IMG/VR virus record: IMGVR_UViG_3300018481_000004
Span: 1-64,000 of that record
Length of the DNA: 64,000 nt
From: a virus
Reading direction: 5' to 3' (one strand)
Below the pieces are notes generated by a model. The model saw only the letters and a list, made by a program, of their open reading frames with translations, was not told the origin of the DNA and did no database searches. Shown here one piece after another: positions 1-9,229 of the stretch (positions within the stretch are counted from its first letter, which is position 1; each line of letters opens with the position of its first letter). The position numbers were made by a program, and so were the translations under genes.

Positions 1-493
1 CAATTTCGATCACAGACCTGCCTGCAACACTTGCCAAGCCAATACCCGACGACGGTGGCAGACAAGACGCAGCAACACGCCCGTCCACACCCAGCAAAGG
101 AACCTTCCCAGCATCCACAGCGCAAGCACTCGCAGCAACACCTGCACCCAACGAGTTCAGCTTCAACTTTTGCGCTGCAGTCATGAAACCCGCACCCGCG
201 GGCGAGGCCACGGCATGCAGCGCAGAATCGTCTTGTACTCCATGAACATGCACATGATCGGCTCGAGAAGCTCTTGAGCCACCCCCCAAGACGCTCACAG
301 CAGCAACAGGCGCTGGCACAAAAGACGAAAGCGCTGGACTGGAGAATTGCCACGCCGATCCAGTCCAACACAGTCTCTGCTGCTCGATCGTAGACCACAC
401 AACGACGCCGACAATGCCTGGATTTGGCATCGTTGCACCGACGCTAATCGCTAGCGCAGGAGGCGATCTGAAACTGTATGACCTACTTGCCAT
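1..493 (-). CDS. Tail-fibre / receptor-binding protein paralog, N-terminal part; the gene runs off the left edge
   Basis: Minus-strand ATG at 493, absent from the ORF track because there is no stop in the window. My translation is MASRSYSFRSPPALAISVGATMPNPGIVGVVVWST..ADHVHVHG..FMTAAQKLKLNSLGAG..SVAGRSV. It is colinear with the N-termini of the 501..1805 and 1789..3096 products. Confidence 0.7.
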   Translation of the reverse strand, partial: MASRSYSFRSPPALAISVGATMPNPGIVGVVVWSTIEQQRLCWTGSAWQFSSPALSSFVPAPVAAVSVLGGGSRASRADHVHVHGVQDDSALHAVASPAGAGFMTAAQKLKLNSLGAGVAASACAVDAGKVPLLGVDGRVAASCLPPSSGIGLASVAGRSVIEI

Positions 494-500
494 TACGTGG

Positions 501-1805
501 TCACCCCTCAAACTCCAGAAACATATGTACCACATCAACGCTATACGCCATATCACCGGTGTTACTGTTGCCGACCAAAGCCATCAGGAGAACACCAACG
601 CCAGGAACCATACTATTGACATTCGCTGGAATTGCCTGCGACACCCAACCGCCATCGGGCCACCTTCGCCACGCAATACCAATACTTACTGGGGCAGACG
701 GAGTATCTGTACGACCAATACTCATAACAAGGTCGTAGACCTCCCCTCTTCTGTAAGTAAGAGCCTCCGTCAGCGCTGTATCAGTATATGCACTTACACC
801 ATCTGTCTGAATAAAACGAAAGGCATTCTCTTGCCTAACCTTGAAAAACCCGAACATCGCAGAGCCGATGTTCTCGTAATACTTTGCACCAAATACATTG
901 GGACCCGGAACGCCACTGGATAATCCAAAAAACATACGATCCCAGTTAATTTCATTAAAGCTAATCCTGAATGCAGCCAGCACAGAGCTTGTGAATACAC
1001 CAGAACCATTAACAGATTGCCTCAAGTACACAGGACAGCTTGGGCTGTACAATGCACCCCACGAAGATCTAGGCGCAGGACTGGACAGCTTCACCCTGCA
1101 TATCGTATCGGTAATATTATAATATGGATCCACAGGCGTTATCGCCGTCAACGTGCCCACGACGGCGCTGGTCAAGCCGCTAAGTCCCAATGCGGCGCTA
1201 CCCCACTGTGCCTGCATCTTGCGCGTGCGACTTGTCCAACCGCGGGGCTGGACGAGCTCGCGCGAAAACAGACCGTAAACTGTCCCTTGCTGCGCAATAT
1301 CCACAACAGAACGTCCAGCCACAGATGCTGTGGCCATGCCGGATGCGTCAATACACGTAGCGTCAATAACACCGCTAGAATTGAGCACCGGAACATTGCC
1401 GGCATCTGGTGCGCCAATGCTCGAAACGACGCCAGCCCCCAGCGTATCTAGCTTCTGCTGATCCAGAGATGGCATGAAGCCATCGCGCGTAGTCGTCGCG
1501 CTTGCATGCAAAGAGGGATCGGTTTGGGTACCGTGAGCATGCACATGATCGGCCGCCGCCCCCGCCGGACTGACACCCTCGAACGCTGCCACACCCAATG
1601 GTGCAGGTAAAACACCTGACGCAAGGAGACCTGCCGATCTCCAACCTGCGCCATCCCAACACAACATGCAGTTCGCGACAGTCGACCAAACGGTCGCTCC
1701 CATAACTCCAGGGTCTGGCGCATTTGCTCCAACAGCAATCGGTACCGCAGGCAGTGCTTCATAGGTGTATGCGGCTTTACCCACAGGCTCACCCCTCATG
1801 CTCAA
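501..1805 (-). CDS. Tail-fibre / receptor-binding protein paralog
   Basis: 434-aa ORF. The N-terminal ~190 aa share PxxPIAVGAxAPDPG..VWST, ADHVHAHG, FMxxxxxKLxxLGAG, SVAGRSV and RTRKxQAQWG with its neighbours. The divergent low-GC C-terminal domain ends MFLEFEG. Confidence 0.8.
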   Translation of the reverse strand: MSMRGEPVGKAAYTYEALPAVPIAVGANAPDPGVMGATVWSTVANCMLCWDGAGWRSAGLLASGVLPAPLGVAAFEGVSPAGAAADHVHAHGTQTDPSLHASATTTRDGFMPSLDQQKLDTLGAGVVSSIGAPDAGNVPVLNSSGVIDATCIDASGMATASVAGRSVVDIAQQGTVYGLFSRELVQPRGWTSRTRKMQAQWGSAALGLSGLTSAVVGTLTAITPVDPYYNITDTICRVKLSSPAPRSSWGALYSPSCPVYLRQSVNGSGVFTSSVLAAFRISFNEINWDRMFFGLSSGVPGPNVFGAKYYENIGSAMFGFFKVRQENAFRFIQTDGVSAYTDTALTEALTYRRGEVYDLVMSIGRTDTPSAPVSIGIAWRRWPDGGWVSQAIPANVNSMVPGVGVLLMALVGNSNTGDMAYSVDVVHMFLEFEG

Positions 1806-3096
1806 GAAACATATGCACCAAGTCCATGCCTGTTACCAAGCCGGCACTCACGTCATTACCCACAGCGAACGTGGAGTACAAAGGCGTTGCAATAGACCAC
1901 GCACTTGAATCCGCCGGTATGACTTGAGATGTCCAACCGCCATTTGGCCATCTACGCCATGCCACGCCAATGCTATCCGGCGGATTCGAATCAGACGTCC
2001 TCCCCATGTGTATTACAAAGTCATACACAACATACGCAAGGTCTTTGTAGTTCAAAGGTTCAACCAACGCAGTCACGACAGCCTTGGTTCCATTCGTCTG
2101 GATGAAACTCAGCGCGTTTGCATTTGACGCCTGAACGAACCCGATCATTGCGCCATACCCTGTATACAAGGCAGTCGTATAGAACGAGCCGCTTGGAAGA
2201 GCTGCGGCTGCTGCCAAGCCAAAAAACAACCGACTTCTGTTCTGCAGACCTGGAAACGCCAACCGAAAAGACGACACAAACGGACACGGAAACTTTTTGA
2301 CAGATGCTACGGTCTGACCCATATACACAGGTCCCATGTTGTCTCGTACAATGCTCAAGGTTGGCGCCGCTGGAACAGCATAGTGAATCCTGCAACTGCG
2401 CTCAAAATCTGGGTTGCTAGGACTCGATACACTCACAGCCTGCGTCACTGCCGTCGCCGTACCTCCGGTGACGGCATTCCCCATACCGTCAAGCAGCGGC
2501 ACATTCGTGCCCCACTGCGCCTGCCATTTGCGCGTTCTATTTGTCCAAGACCTTGGCGCAAATAGCTCACCCGCAAACTTACCGTACACGGAGCTCTGCA
2601 ACTCAATGCCAAGAACCGAACGGCCCGCCACACTGGACAAGGACATGCCTGACGTCGCAGGCATGAGCGTAGCGTCAACTACCCCACTTGCCCCTAGCAG
2701 CGGCACTTTTCCGGCATCGGCCGCGCCCACGCTCGTCAACGTGCCAGCACCAAGTGAGCTCAATTTCACATGATCCGCTGCAGACATAAACCCATTGACA
2801 GCAGCGGTGGCACCTGCATGCATGGCTGGATCGCTCTGCACCCCATGCGCGTGCACGTGATCATCTCGTGCAAGCGTCGGATTGCTTCCTGCGCTTGATA
2901 CGGCGCTCAGCGCTGCCGGAGCGACAGTTGCGAGCGCTGCGCCTTCAGCCTGCCAAGACGTTCCGCTCCAGAAGAGTTCACGATTCTCAACCGTCGACCA
3001 GACGACCACGCCCACAATGCCAGGGTTGGGCGCCGTAGCCCCCTCGGCAATCGCCAGCGCAGGGGGTGCCTCGAAGCCGTACGCCCGCGTCGTCAC
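1789..3096 (-). CDS. Tail-fibre / receptor-binding protein paralog
   Basis: The track ORF 1789..3534 has an Arg-rich N-terminal extension overlapping 3093..4211. A GTG at 3096 overlaps the upstream stop (GTGA) and gives VTTRAYGFEAPPALAIAEGATAPNPG, matching the paralogs. The C-terminus ends MFLEHEG. Confidence 0.75.
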   Translation of the reverse strand: MTTRAYGFEAPPALAIAEGATAPNPGIVGVVVWSTVENRELFWSGTSWQAEGAALATVAPAALSAVSSAGSNPTLARDDHVHAHGVQSDPAMHAGATAAVNGFMSAADHVKLSSLGAGTLTSVGAADAGKVPLLGASGVVDATLMPATSGMSLSSVAGRSVLGIELQSSVYGKFAGELFAPRSWTNRTRKWQAQWGTNVPLLDGMGNAVTGGTATAVTQAVSVSSPSNPDFERSCRIHYAVPAAPTLSIVRDNMGPVYMGQTVASVKKFPCPFVSSFRLAFPGLQNRSRLFFGLAAAAALPSGSFYTTALYTGYGAMIGFVQASNANALSFIQTNGTKAVVTALVEPLNYKDLAYVVYDFVIHMGRTSDSNPPDSIGVAWRRWPNGGWTSQVIPADSSAWSIATPLYSTFAVGNDVSAGLVTGMDLVHMFLEHEG

Positions 3097-4211
3097 GCGT
3101 GAATCACGACGCGAAACTGCCCTGCCGTCGGGGCGACGGCGAACCCGAGCGTCATGACGTTGACCGAGCTCCGCACCTTGTCGCAACCGATCTCCGCACC
3201 GCTCGAGACCTCGAACACGCCCACGGTTACGTCGAGTGTGCCCAAGTTGTGCGTGATCGCGATGGACGTCGCGCCCCCGCCGACGTCCTGGGCAAACTTG
3301 CGCACCACGACCGCGGTGTCGATCCCGATCACGTTGCCACCGAGCGTGACGCCGGCACCATTCGTGTACGAGACTCCCGCCCCGATCTGCGCCCACGTGA
3401 TCGGCGTCGTGCCGACAGCGATGGCCCCGTCCGTGGTGATCCTCCACTGCGTGTCCGCCAGCGATCCTTCTTCCACGAAGACGGCTGCGTCGGCCGACAG
3501 CATGCCCACGTCCGCGTCGGCCGCGCGCGTCCACGCGCCCGCTCCCGCCACGTAGATGCCATTGGCCTGGGGTGAGGACTGCAGACGGACGAGGACCCGA
3601 TCGAATGCAACCAGCGTGACGCCGTCGACAACTTGCAGACCGCTGAGCGCGGCCAGGTTGTCGGTCGTGGCCACGCGGACGCTCGGCTTCCAGTCGGTTC
3701 CGTTGATCGCGTTTAAAAGCTGTCCGTAGGTGCAGCCGTCGGTCGCGACCGTCCCGTTGCCGACGTTGGTCAGCTTCTGTCCGTTCAACGAAACTGGCCC
3801 TGTCGGACTCGCCAACTGGTCGAGGCGCATCGTCGAGAACCCCGACTGCACCGCATCCAGCTGCGCCTTGTTGATCGCGTCTGTGCCGTTCACGCCCGGT
3901 GTGAGGTTGACGATCTTGTGATCGCCTAGATCCAGGCTGGTTGCGGGCGTTGCCAGCTGATCGAGCCTCGACGTGCGGACCTGCGCATCGAAGTCCGAGA
4001 TGGTGGCAGCGAGCTGCGACCCGAGGTGGTTCGCGCGCGCGGTGGGGTCGATGGTTCCCGAAGTGCCCCTGAACTCCAAGCGGCCCGAGACCGAGTTGAA
4101 CCAGAACTGTCCCGGCGTCGGCGACCCCGGCTGGCCCGCGATCACATGCGCGCGTGCGTTGAGGATCTCGAGCCCCGTCATGTCGATCGGTGTCTGCTGT
4201 TTGAACGCCAT
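3093..4211 (-). CDS. Tail fibre protein (372 aa), a short version of the 1536-aa fibre
   Basis: The N-terminus (TGLEILNARAH, GQFWFNS, LEFRG) and C-terminus (NGIYVAGAGAWTRAADAD, ITHNLG..) match the two ends of the 4608..9218 product. KIVNLTPGVNGTDAINKAQLD is a typical phage fibre collar motif. Confidence 0.85.
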   Translation of the reverse strand: MAFKQQTPIDMTGLEILNARAHVIAGQPGSPTPGQFWFNSVSGRLEFRGTSGTIDPTARANHLGSQLAATISDFDAQVRTSRLDQLATPATSLDLGDHKIVNLTPGVNGTDAINKAQLDAVQSGFSTMRLDQLASPTGPVSLNGQKLTNVGNGTVATDGCTYGQLLNAINGTDWKPSVRVATTDNLAALSGLQVVDGVTLVAFDRVLVRLQSSPQANGIYVAGAGAWTRAADADVGMLSADAAVFVEEGSLADTQWRITTDGAIAVGTTPITWAQIGAGVSYTNGAGVTLGGNVIGIDTAVVVRKFAQDVGGGATSIAITHNLGTLDVTVGVFEVSSGAEIGCDKVRSSVNVMTLGFAVAPTAGQFRVVIHA

Positions 4212-4220
4212 ATCTCTCCC

Positions 4221-4601
4221 CTAATTGCAGTGAGCAGAACCCGAGAACGGGTATGAGAAGGTCAGCGTCACCTGATTGGGGGAGTCGTGGCGCGTGTCGC
4301 CGCGCACCTCGTCACCCAAGCTGTCGATTACCGTAACCGACGGCACTTTGCCAAGGTTGTGAGTGACGATCCAAACGTCTGTGGCCACCCCCTGCGTGTG
4401 CACGTAGTGGGCGCCCTGCGCGCCCTGCGCGATGTCCCGCACGACAGCCTGCGGTTGCCACTCCGTACCGTCCCAGACGAGCACACGGGCCTCTACCGTC
4501 GACCAGACGGTTGCGCCCATGCCGCCGGGGTCAGGTTCCGTCGCGCCCGCCCCCAGAGCGAGGGCAGGCGGCGGCGCGAACGCGAGTGACTGGCGGGCCA
4601 T
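4221..4601 (-). CDS. Small fibre-associated protein: RBP-type N-terminal adaptor plus HNLG beta-module
   Basis: 126 aa. The N-terminus PPPALALGAGATEPDPGGMGATVWST matches the RBP paralogs. The C-terminus VTHNLGKVPSVTVIDSLGDEV..VTLTFSYPFSGSAHCN matches the 9230..9496 product and the fibre C-termini. Confidence 0.7.
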   Translation of the reverse strand: MARQSLAFAPPPALALGAGATEPDPGGMGATVWSTVEARVLVWDGTEWQPQAVVRDIAQGAQGAHYVHTQGVATDVWIVTHNLGKVPSVTVIDSLGDEVRGDTRHDSPNQVTLTFSYPFSGSAHCN

Positions 4602-4607
4602 CGGCTA

Positions 4608-7600
4608 TCACCCCACCACGACGCAGCGGAGCTGGTTGGCGGCCGGCGGGGCGGCGAAGCCGAGCGCGAGCGTGTTGAGCCCTGAGCGCTGGATGTCGCA
4701 CTCCACCTCGCTCCCGTCCGCGGCGAAGTACACCGAGACCGCCACGTCGCGCGAACCAAGGTTGTGCGTGATCGTAAAAGTTCTCGCGGCGCCGTTTCCA
4801 AAAGCAGCCGCGAACTTCCTCGGCACATTGGCCTGGAGCGAGAACGCGTTGCCCGTCAGATCGAGCCCTGCGCCTGCGACGTAGCTGACGGCTGCGCCGA
4901 TCTGCGTCCACACAAGCGGCGTGGTGCCGACTGTGATTGCGTCATTGGAGATCAGCCGCCACTGTGAGTCGCCGAATGTGGAGCCTTCCTCCACCATGAC
5001 GGCAGATGCGGCCGAGAGCGTGCCCTGGTCTGCGTCCGCTGCGCGCGTCCACGGTCCTGCGGACACGACGTAGATGCCGTTGAGAACTGGATCCAGCTGC
5101 TCGGTCAACAAGGCGCGATTGCCTTCGGCCAAGGCGACATTGTCTAGCGTCTGCAAACCGGAGAGGACGGGCACGTCCGCGGTCGACTTCGCACGCACGC
5201 TGACTTTCCAATCGGTTCCATTGGTCAGGTTCTCGACGTGTCCGAGGGTCACTGCATCGGACGGCGCAGTCGGCGCAGCCAGATTCGTGATGCGCTGTCC
5301 GCCAAGGTCCACAGGCGCAATAGCGGTCGGCACCTTGTCCAACGTCACCGCGCCGCTCGCCGCCGCGATGGCGTTGAGCTGCGCCATCGTTGCGGCGTCC
5401 GTGTCGGCGACGCCCGGCAAGACATTGACAAGCTTGTGCGTGCCAATGCTCAGGTCCGCTGTCGGCGCAGCGAAGTCACTCAGGCTGTTGTCGGCGACAC
5501 CGGCGACAGCCGTGTCGGTGTACGCGCGATCGGCGGTGCTAAGACCGTCTGCGTACGTCCGCTCGGCGGCGTCTTGCGTGTCGACGTACGCCTTGAGCGT
5601 TGCGTCCTGTGTGTCCGCGTAGGCCTTGTTGCTCGCAGTTTCGAACTGGAGCATCGCGTAGTTGACAGCATCTTCATCATCCACCGCGCCAGCCAGGCCG
5701 GTGATGCGGAAGTGGTTCATGAACAGGTCGCCGACGGGCTGACCCATCGCGCTGATCGACGCGTACGTGACACTTGTCGTGTTGATGTTCCAGGTCTGCG
5801 GATCCGTCGGTTCGACCCCAGCCTCGAGCGTGTCGAGGTGCCAGATCGTGCCTCGGTTGTACCCTTTGCGGACGTAGACCTGCGAACCTGCCGCAAGCCT
5901 GTTGAGCCGAGCTTCTCTTTGCCAAACGCAGGCGTTCGGCTGCCCGAGCAGTCCATCCAAGGTCCAGACGCCGTTCTGGCGTTTGTCGTCCTGATGGGTG
6001 AGCAGGACGTACTCAGACTTCCGGTTAGGATTGACGGTGAAGTCGCCTCCCAAAAAGATCGGCGGCGGACCGATGATCACGCCGTCGATCTGGTTGGGGT
6101 TGGACGCGATGTCGATGTTCAACTTGGACTCTGCCGCAACCACGCTGATCTTCGCGAGCGAGTGGTAACTGATGTCGTCGAACTTCTCCTGGTACTTCTG
6201 CACCCAGGTTCCGCCCTCGATCAACTGCCACGTCTCGTTCACCAGCGAGACATAGAGCTGCTCCCCGAGGGCGAACTCTCGCGGAGACGCACGCGTCCAC
6301 ACGTACTGGCCACCGGTCGCCACGACATCCCAGAGGCCGTTGTCTGCGGCAACGTCCTGAGCCGTAAGCAAGACCTGCGTGCCCTCTCCCTCGGCGAAGG
6401 TCATGTAGTAGTCGCCAACGTACCGTCCAGCGGGCTGATTGATCGCCACGTTGACGGCGCCGACGAGGCCGACCACCGAGCTCGCCAGCCCGCCTCCACT
6501 GTTGCGCTTCCAGATCTGCGAATCGCCGCCCTCGACGTCCTGATCTGTCGCGAGATACCAGATCGTGTTCTTGTGCACCCCTTCGCGAACGTAGATCTGC
6601 TCGCCCTTGCGAAAGAAGTTGCGCCAATACTCACGATCCCAACGTGCCCTTAGATCGTCATGGTTGTAGTACGTGACCGCATAGATACCGTTGTCGTAGT
6701 CGTTGGGCTGCGCCGTCAACAGGACGTACGCAGGCTTGTGGCTCTGATTGTAGCTTCCATCAGGAAGCGTTTGCGCCGACAGGCTAAGCGTGACTCCGTC
6801 CACGACATCTACGTTTGCCCACCGGTCCACCGGCGTCGTAGACACCGCCTCCACACTCGTCTTGAGCAGCGCGTTCTTGCGCAGGTCCTCGAGCTGATCG
6901 AGAGGGCCTCCGTTGATTTCAACCCAGTCATCCCCGTACCAAGTGCTGACCCAGAACGTGTGCTGGCGAGATTCCCATTCGACGCCTTGGAATCCGCGAT
7001 AGACGGACTGTGCGATAACGACGCGCCCGAACTTCTCATCGATGTTGAAGTACAGCTTTTCCCACGGCTGGGCTGGGCCATACACGGGAGGGCTGGTTTG
7101 TATTACCTCGCCCTTGTGCATGATCCAAATTCCGTTTTCGGAACGATCTTGCTGATCTAACAGCAACACAAGGTCGCCTTCGTCGAAACCCTGGCCGTGA
7201 ACCTCAGACGGTGTCGGCGCCAGATCAAGGTGCGATCGGACGACGAATTTCACAGCATCTGAAAAGAGCTGCGGAAGAAGTTTGATCCACCCCGTCTTGG
7301 TAAGCTGCCAGGTCTCCGGCTTGATGCCTCCGCTCACGAACACCATCTCACCGAAGCGATCGGTCGGTATCCGCTGCATGGTGCCGCCGAGACGGTACAG
7401 TCCGTTCTCGAGCGGGTCATCCTGCCTGACCAGTAGCAGTGCTTGGCCATCTAACTCCGGCGGAATCGGCCCCTGCAGATCCCAGTTCCACGTGAAGACC
7501 CAGTTCGCCTCGTACCTGGCCAGCGACTCTTCCGCGTTTTTCCAATCGAAGATTTCGCCGTTCGGATACCCTGGACGAAACCTCATGCGCCACGTCTGCC

Positions 7601-9218
7601 CCGCGTGAAGCCCACCCTTGACGTAGACCGTGGTGCCCTCATGCCACCCCGAGTAGTCGTCGGGCATCAGGTCTAGCTTTCGCCAGGACATCACCCCCGG
7701 CGACTTGACGCCGTACTCCCAGACCTTGTTGTCGGTCGGGTCTGGCTGGTTCGTCAGCAGCACGAGCCACGACTCGGTAAGGTCGAGCAACCGCCCATCG
7801 ATCGTAGGGCGCGGATCTCCGACGAGGCTGGTGTCGACAGGTTCCAGAGAGACAAGGTCGACGGCCACCCTGTACAGGGTGCTGTCGACCATGCTGATGT
7901 TCAGCAACGACCAGGTCTGCCAGACGTTGCCATCGGTTGCAGGCGTCACATCCTGGTTGTTCTGATAGATATAGATGTCGCGACCGATGAAGACGAGATC
8001 GCCCATCTTGATCGTTTCGGAATGCGAGGCACTCCAGCGCAGCATCGGCAGGCCACCGCCCTGGTAGATGTACAGACCATCCTCCAGGCCGCCGATCTGC
8101 GTGGCGCACAACACCGTCGCACCGTCTGCCAGGCCTTGGCCGTCCCTGCCCAAATACGGAACAGTCCCCGCCAACTCCTCGGGCGTCGGCTTCCTTGTAA
8201 TGAGCTGGTGCGCTCGAATCTGGTACTTCGACAGCAGCTTGGCCGTCTCCAAGCTGATCGCCTGCGTCTGTGCTGCAGGATCACTCAGATCGGCGATGGC
8301 CGGCAGGTTCGTGATGGGCTGCCCATTCACGTCAACCGGTGCCGTCGGCGGCGCCCAGTCGCTCAAGCTGTTGTCGGTGATGCCTGCAACTGCTGTGTCC
8401 GTGTATGCCCGATCCGCAGTGCTCAGCCCATCCGCGTAGACTCGCTCGGCTGCATCCTGAGTATCGATGTACGCGCGATCTGAGGCCGTGCTCGCGTTGA
8501 CTTGAGCCACCGTGGCAACGTCCGAGTCATTCACGCCCGGAGCGACGTTCGTCAACTTGAAACCGCCGATGTCCAAGTCGGCTGTTGGCGGCGAAAAGTC
8601 ACTCAGACTGTTGTCGGCGACACCGGCGACAGCCGTGTCCGTGTACGCGCGGTCGGCGACGCTGAGGCCATCTGCGTAGGCCTTATCTGCCACGCTGTTT
8701 GCAGCATCCTGCGTGTCGACGTACGCCTTGAGCGTTGCGTCCTGCGTGTCCGCGTACGCTCGGTCGGCAGTGCTCAACCCGTCCGCGTACGCCTGGTCTG
8801 CCACGCTGTTCGCAGCATCTTGCGCGTCGATGTACGCGCGATCCGATGCGGTGCTGGCGTTGACTTGTCCGACAGTAGCGACGTCTGAGTCAGCCACGCC
8901 AGGCGCGGCGTTCGTCAACTTGAATCCGCCGATGTCCAGATCGTTCGCCGGCACCGCGAGCGTGTTGAGCGGGTAGGCCTTGACGACGGCCTCGAGGTCG
9001 CTGATGGTGCTCGCCGCCTGCGTTCCGAAATGGGTCGCTCGATCTGTCGAGTCGATGTTTGCGTCGTCAAGTCCACGAAACATGAACTTGCCAAGAATGG
9101 GATCGAACCAGAACCTGCCCGGCTGCGCAGAAACTGGAGGCGTGTCGAGGCTTTCAGCCCTGACATCCTGTATCTCGCTACCGAGCAGGTTGAGATCTGT
9201 GGCAATTATCTTGGCCAT
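4608..9218 (-). CDS. Giant tail fibre / spike protein (1536 aa)
   Basis: AYADTQDATLKAYVDTQDAA-type repeats occur near both ends. There are collar motifs FKLTNVAPGVxDSDVATVxQVN and about 8 modules of LLTxQxDxxxNG(I/V/L)(W/Y). The C-terminus has NGIYVVSAGPWTRAADAD and ITHNLG. Confidence 0.9.
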   Translation of the reverse strand: MAKIIATDLNLLGSEIQDVRAESLDTPPVSAQPGRFWFDPILGKFMFRGLDDANIDSTDRATHFGTQAASTISDLEAVVKAYPLNTLAVPANDLDIGGFKLTNAAPGVADSDVATVGQVNASTASDRAYIDAQDAANSVADQAYADGLSTADRAYADTQDATLKAYVDTQDAANSVADKAYADGLSVADRAYTDTAVAGVADNSLSDFSPPTADLDIGGFKLTNVAPGVNDSDVATVAQVNASTASDRAYIDTQDAAERVYADGLSTADRAYTDTAVAGITDNSLSDWAPPTAPVDVNGQPITNLPAIADLSDPAAQTQAISLETAKLLSKYQIRAHQLITRKPTPEELAGTVPYLGRDGQGLADGATVLCATQIGGLEDGLYIYQGGGLPMLRWSASHSETIKMGDLVFIGRDIYIYQNNQDVTPATDGNVWQTWSLLNISMVDSTLYRVAVDLVSLEPVDTSLVGDPRPTIDGRLLDLTESWLVLLTNQPDPTDNKVWEYGVKSPGVMSWRKLDLMPDDYSGWHEGTTVYVKGGLHAGQTWRMRFRPGYPNGEIFDWKNAEESLARYEANWVFTWNWDLQGPIPPELDGQALLLVRQDDPLENGLYRLGGTMQRIPTDRFGEMVFVSGGIKPETWQLTKTGWIKLLPQLFSDAVKFVVRSHLDLAPTPSEVHGQGFDEGDLVLLLDQQDRSENGIWIMHKGEVIQTSPPVYGPAQPWEKLYFNIDEKFGRVVIAQSVYRGFQGVEWESRQHTFWVSTWYGDDWVEINGGPLDQLEDLRKNALLKTSVEAVSTTPVDRWANVDVVDGVTLSLSAQTLPDGSYNQSHKPAYVLLTAQPNDYDNGIYAVTYYNHDDLRARWDREYWRNFFRKGEQIYVREGVHKNTIWYLATDQDVEGGDSQIWKRNSGGGLASSVVGLVGAVNVAINQPAGRYVGDYYMTFAEGEGTQVLLTAQDVAADNGLWDVVATGGQYVWTRASPREFALGEQLYVSLVNETWQLIEGGTWVQKYQEKFDDISYHSLAKISVVAAESKLNIDIASNPNQIDGVIIGPPPIFLGGDFTVNPNRKSEYVLLTHQDDKRQNGVWTLDGLLGQPNACVWQREARLNRLAAGSQVYVRKGYNRGTIWHLDTLEAGVEPTDPQTWNINTTSVTYASISAMGQPVGDLFMNHFRITGLAGAVDDEDAVNYAMLQFETASNKAYADTQDATLKAYVDTQDAAERTYADGLSTADRAYTDTAVAGVADNSLSDFAAPTADLSIGTHKLVNVLPGVADTDAATMAQLNAIAAASGAVTLDKVPTAIAPVDLGGQRITNLAAPTAPSDAVTLGHVENLTNGTDWKVSVRAKSTADVPVLSGLQTLDNVALAEGNRALLTEQLDPVLNGIYVVSAGPWTRAADADQGTLSAASAVMVEEGSTFGDSQWRLISNDAITVGTTPLVWTQIGAAVSYVAGAGLDLTGNAFSLQANVPRKFAAAFGNGAARTFTITHNLGSRDVAVSVYFAADGSEVECDIQRSGLNTLALGFAAPPAANQLRCVVVG

Positions 9219-9229
9219 CTACAGCTCCT

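Noticed and set aside
3097-3534. N-terminal extension of track ORF 1789..3534, and the similar extensions of 11567..12598, 14265..15149, 17058..17654, 12797..13168 and 25853..26896
   Set aside because: The extensions overlap the upstream gene, are Arg-rich, and are absent from the paralogs. Internal starts are coupled to upstream stops or preceded by an SD.
1-4601. Diversity-generating retroelement (template/variable repeat) as the explanation for the fibre paralogs
   Set aside because: No reverse transcriptase gene is in the window. The paralogs differ by wholesale domain replacement rather than adenine-specific substitutions in a short variable region.
5238-6653. 471-aa plus-strand ORF, with many similar ones (5074..5622, 6025..6627, 7639..8109, 8022..8483), inside the giant fibre gene
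   Set aside because: They are antisense or off-frame to a 1536-aa ORF with clear fibre motifs. Their products are Arg/Ala/Gly/Pro-rich, as expected for spurious open frames in high-GC DNA.
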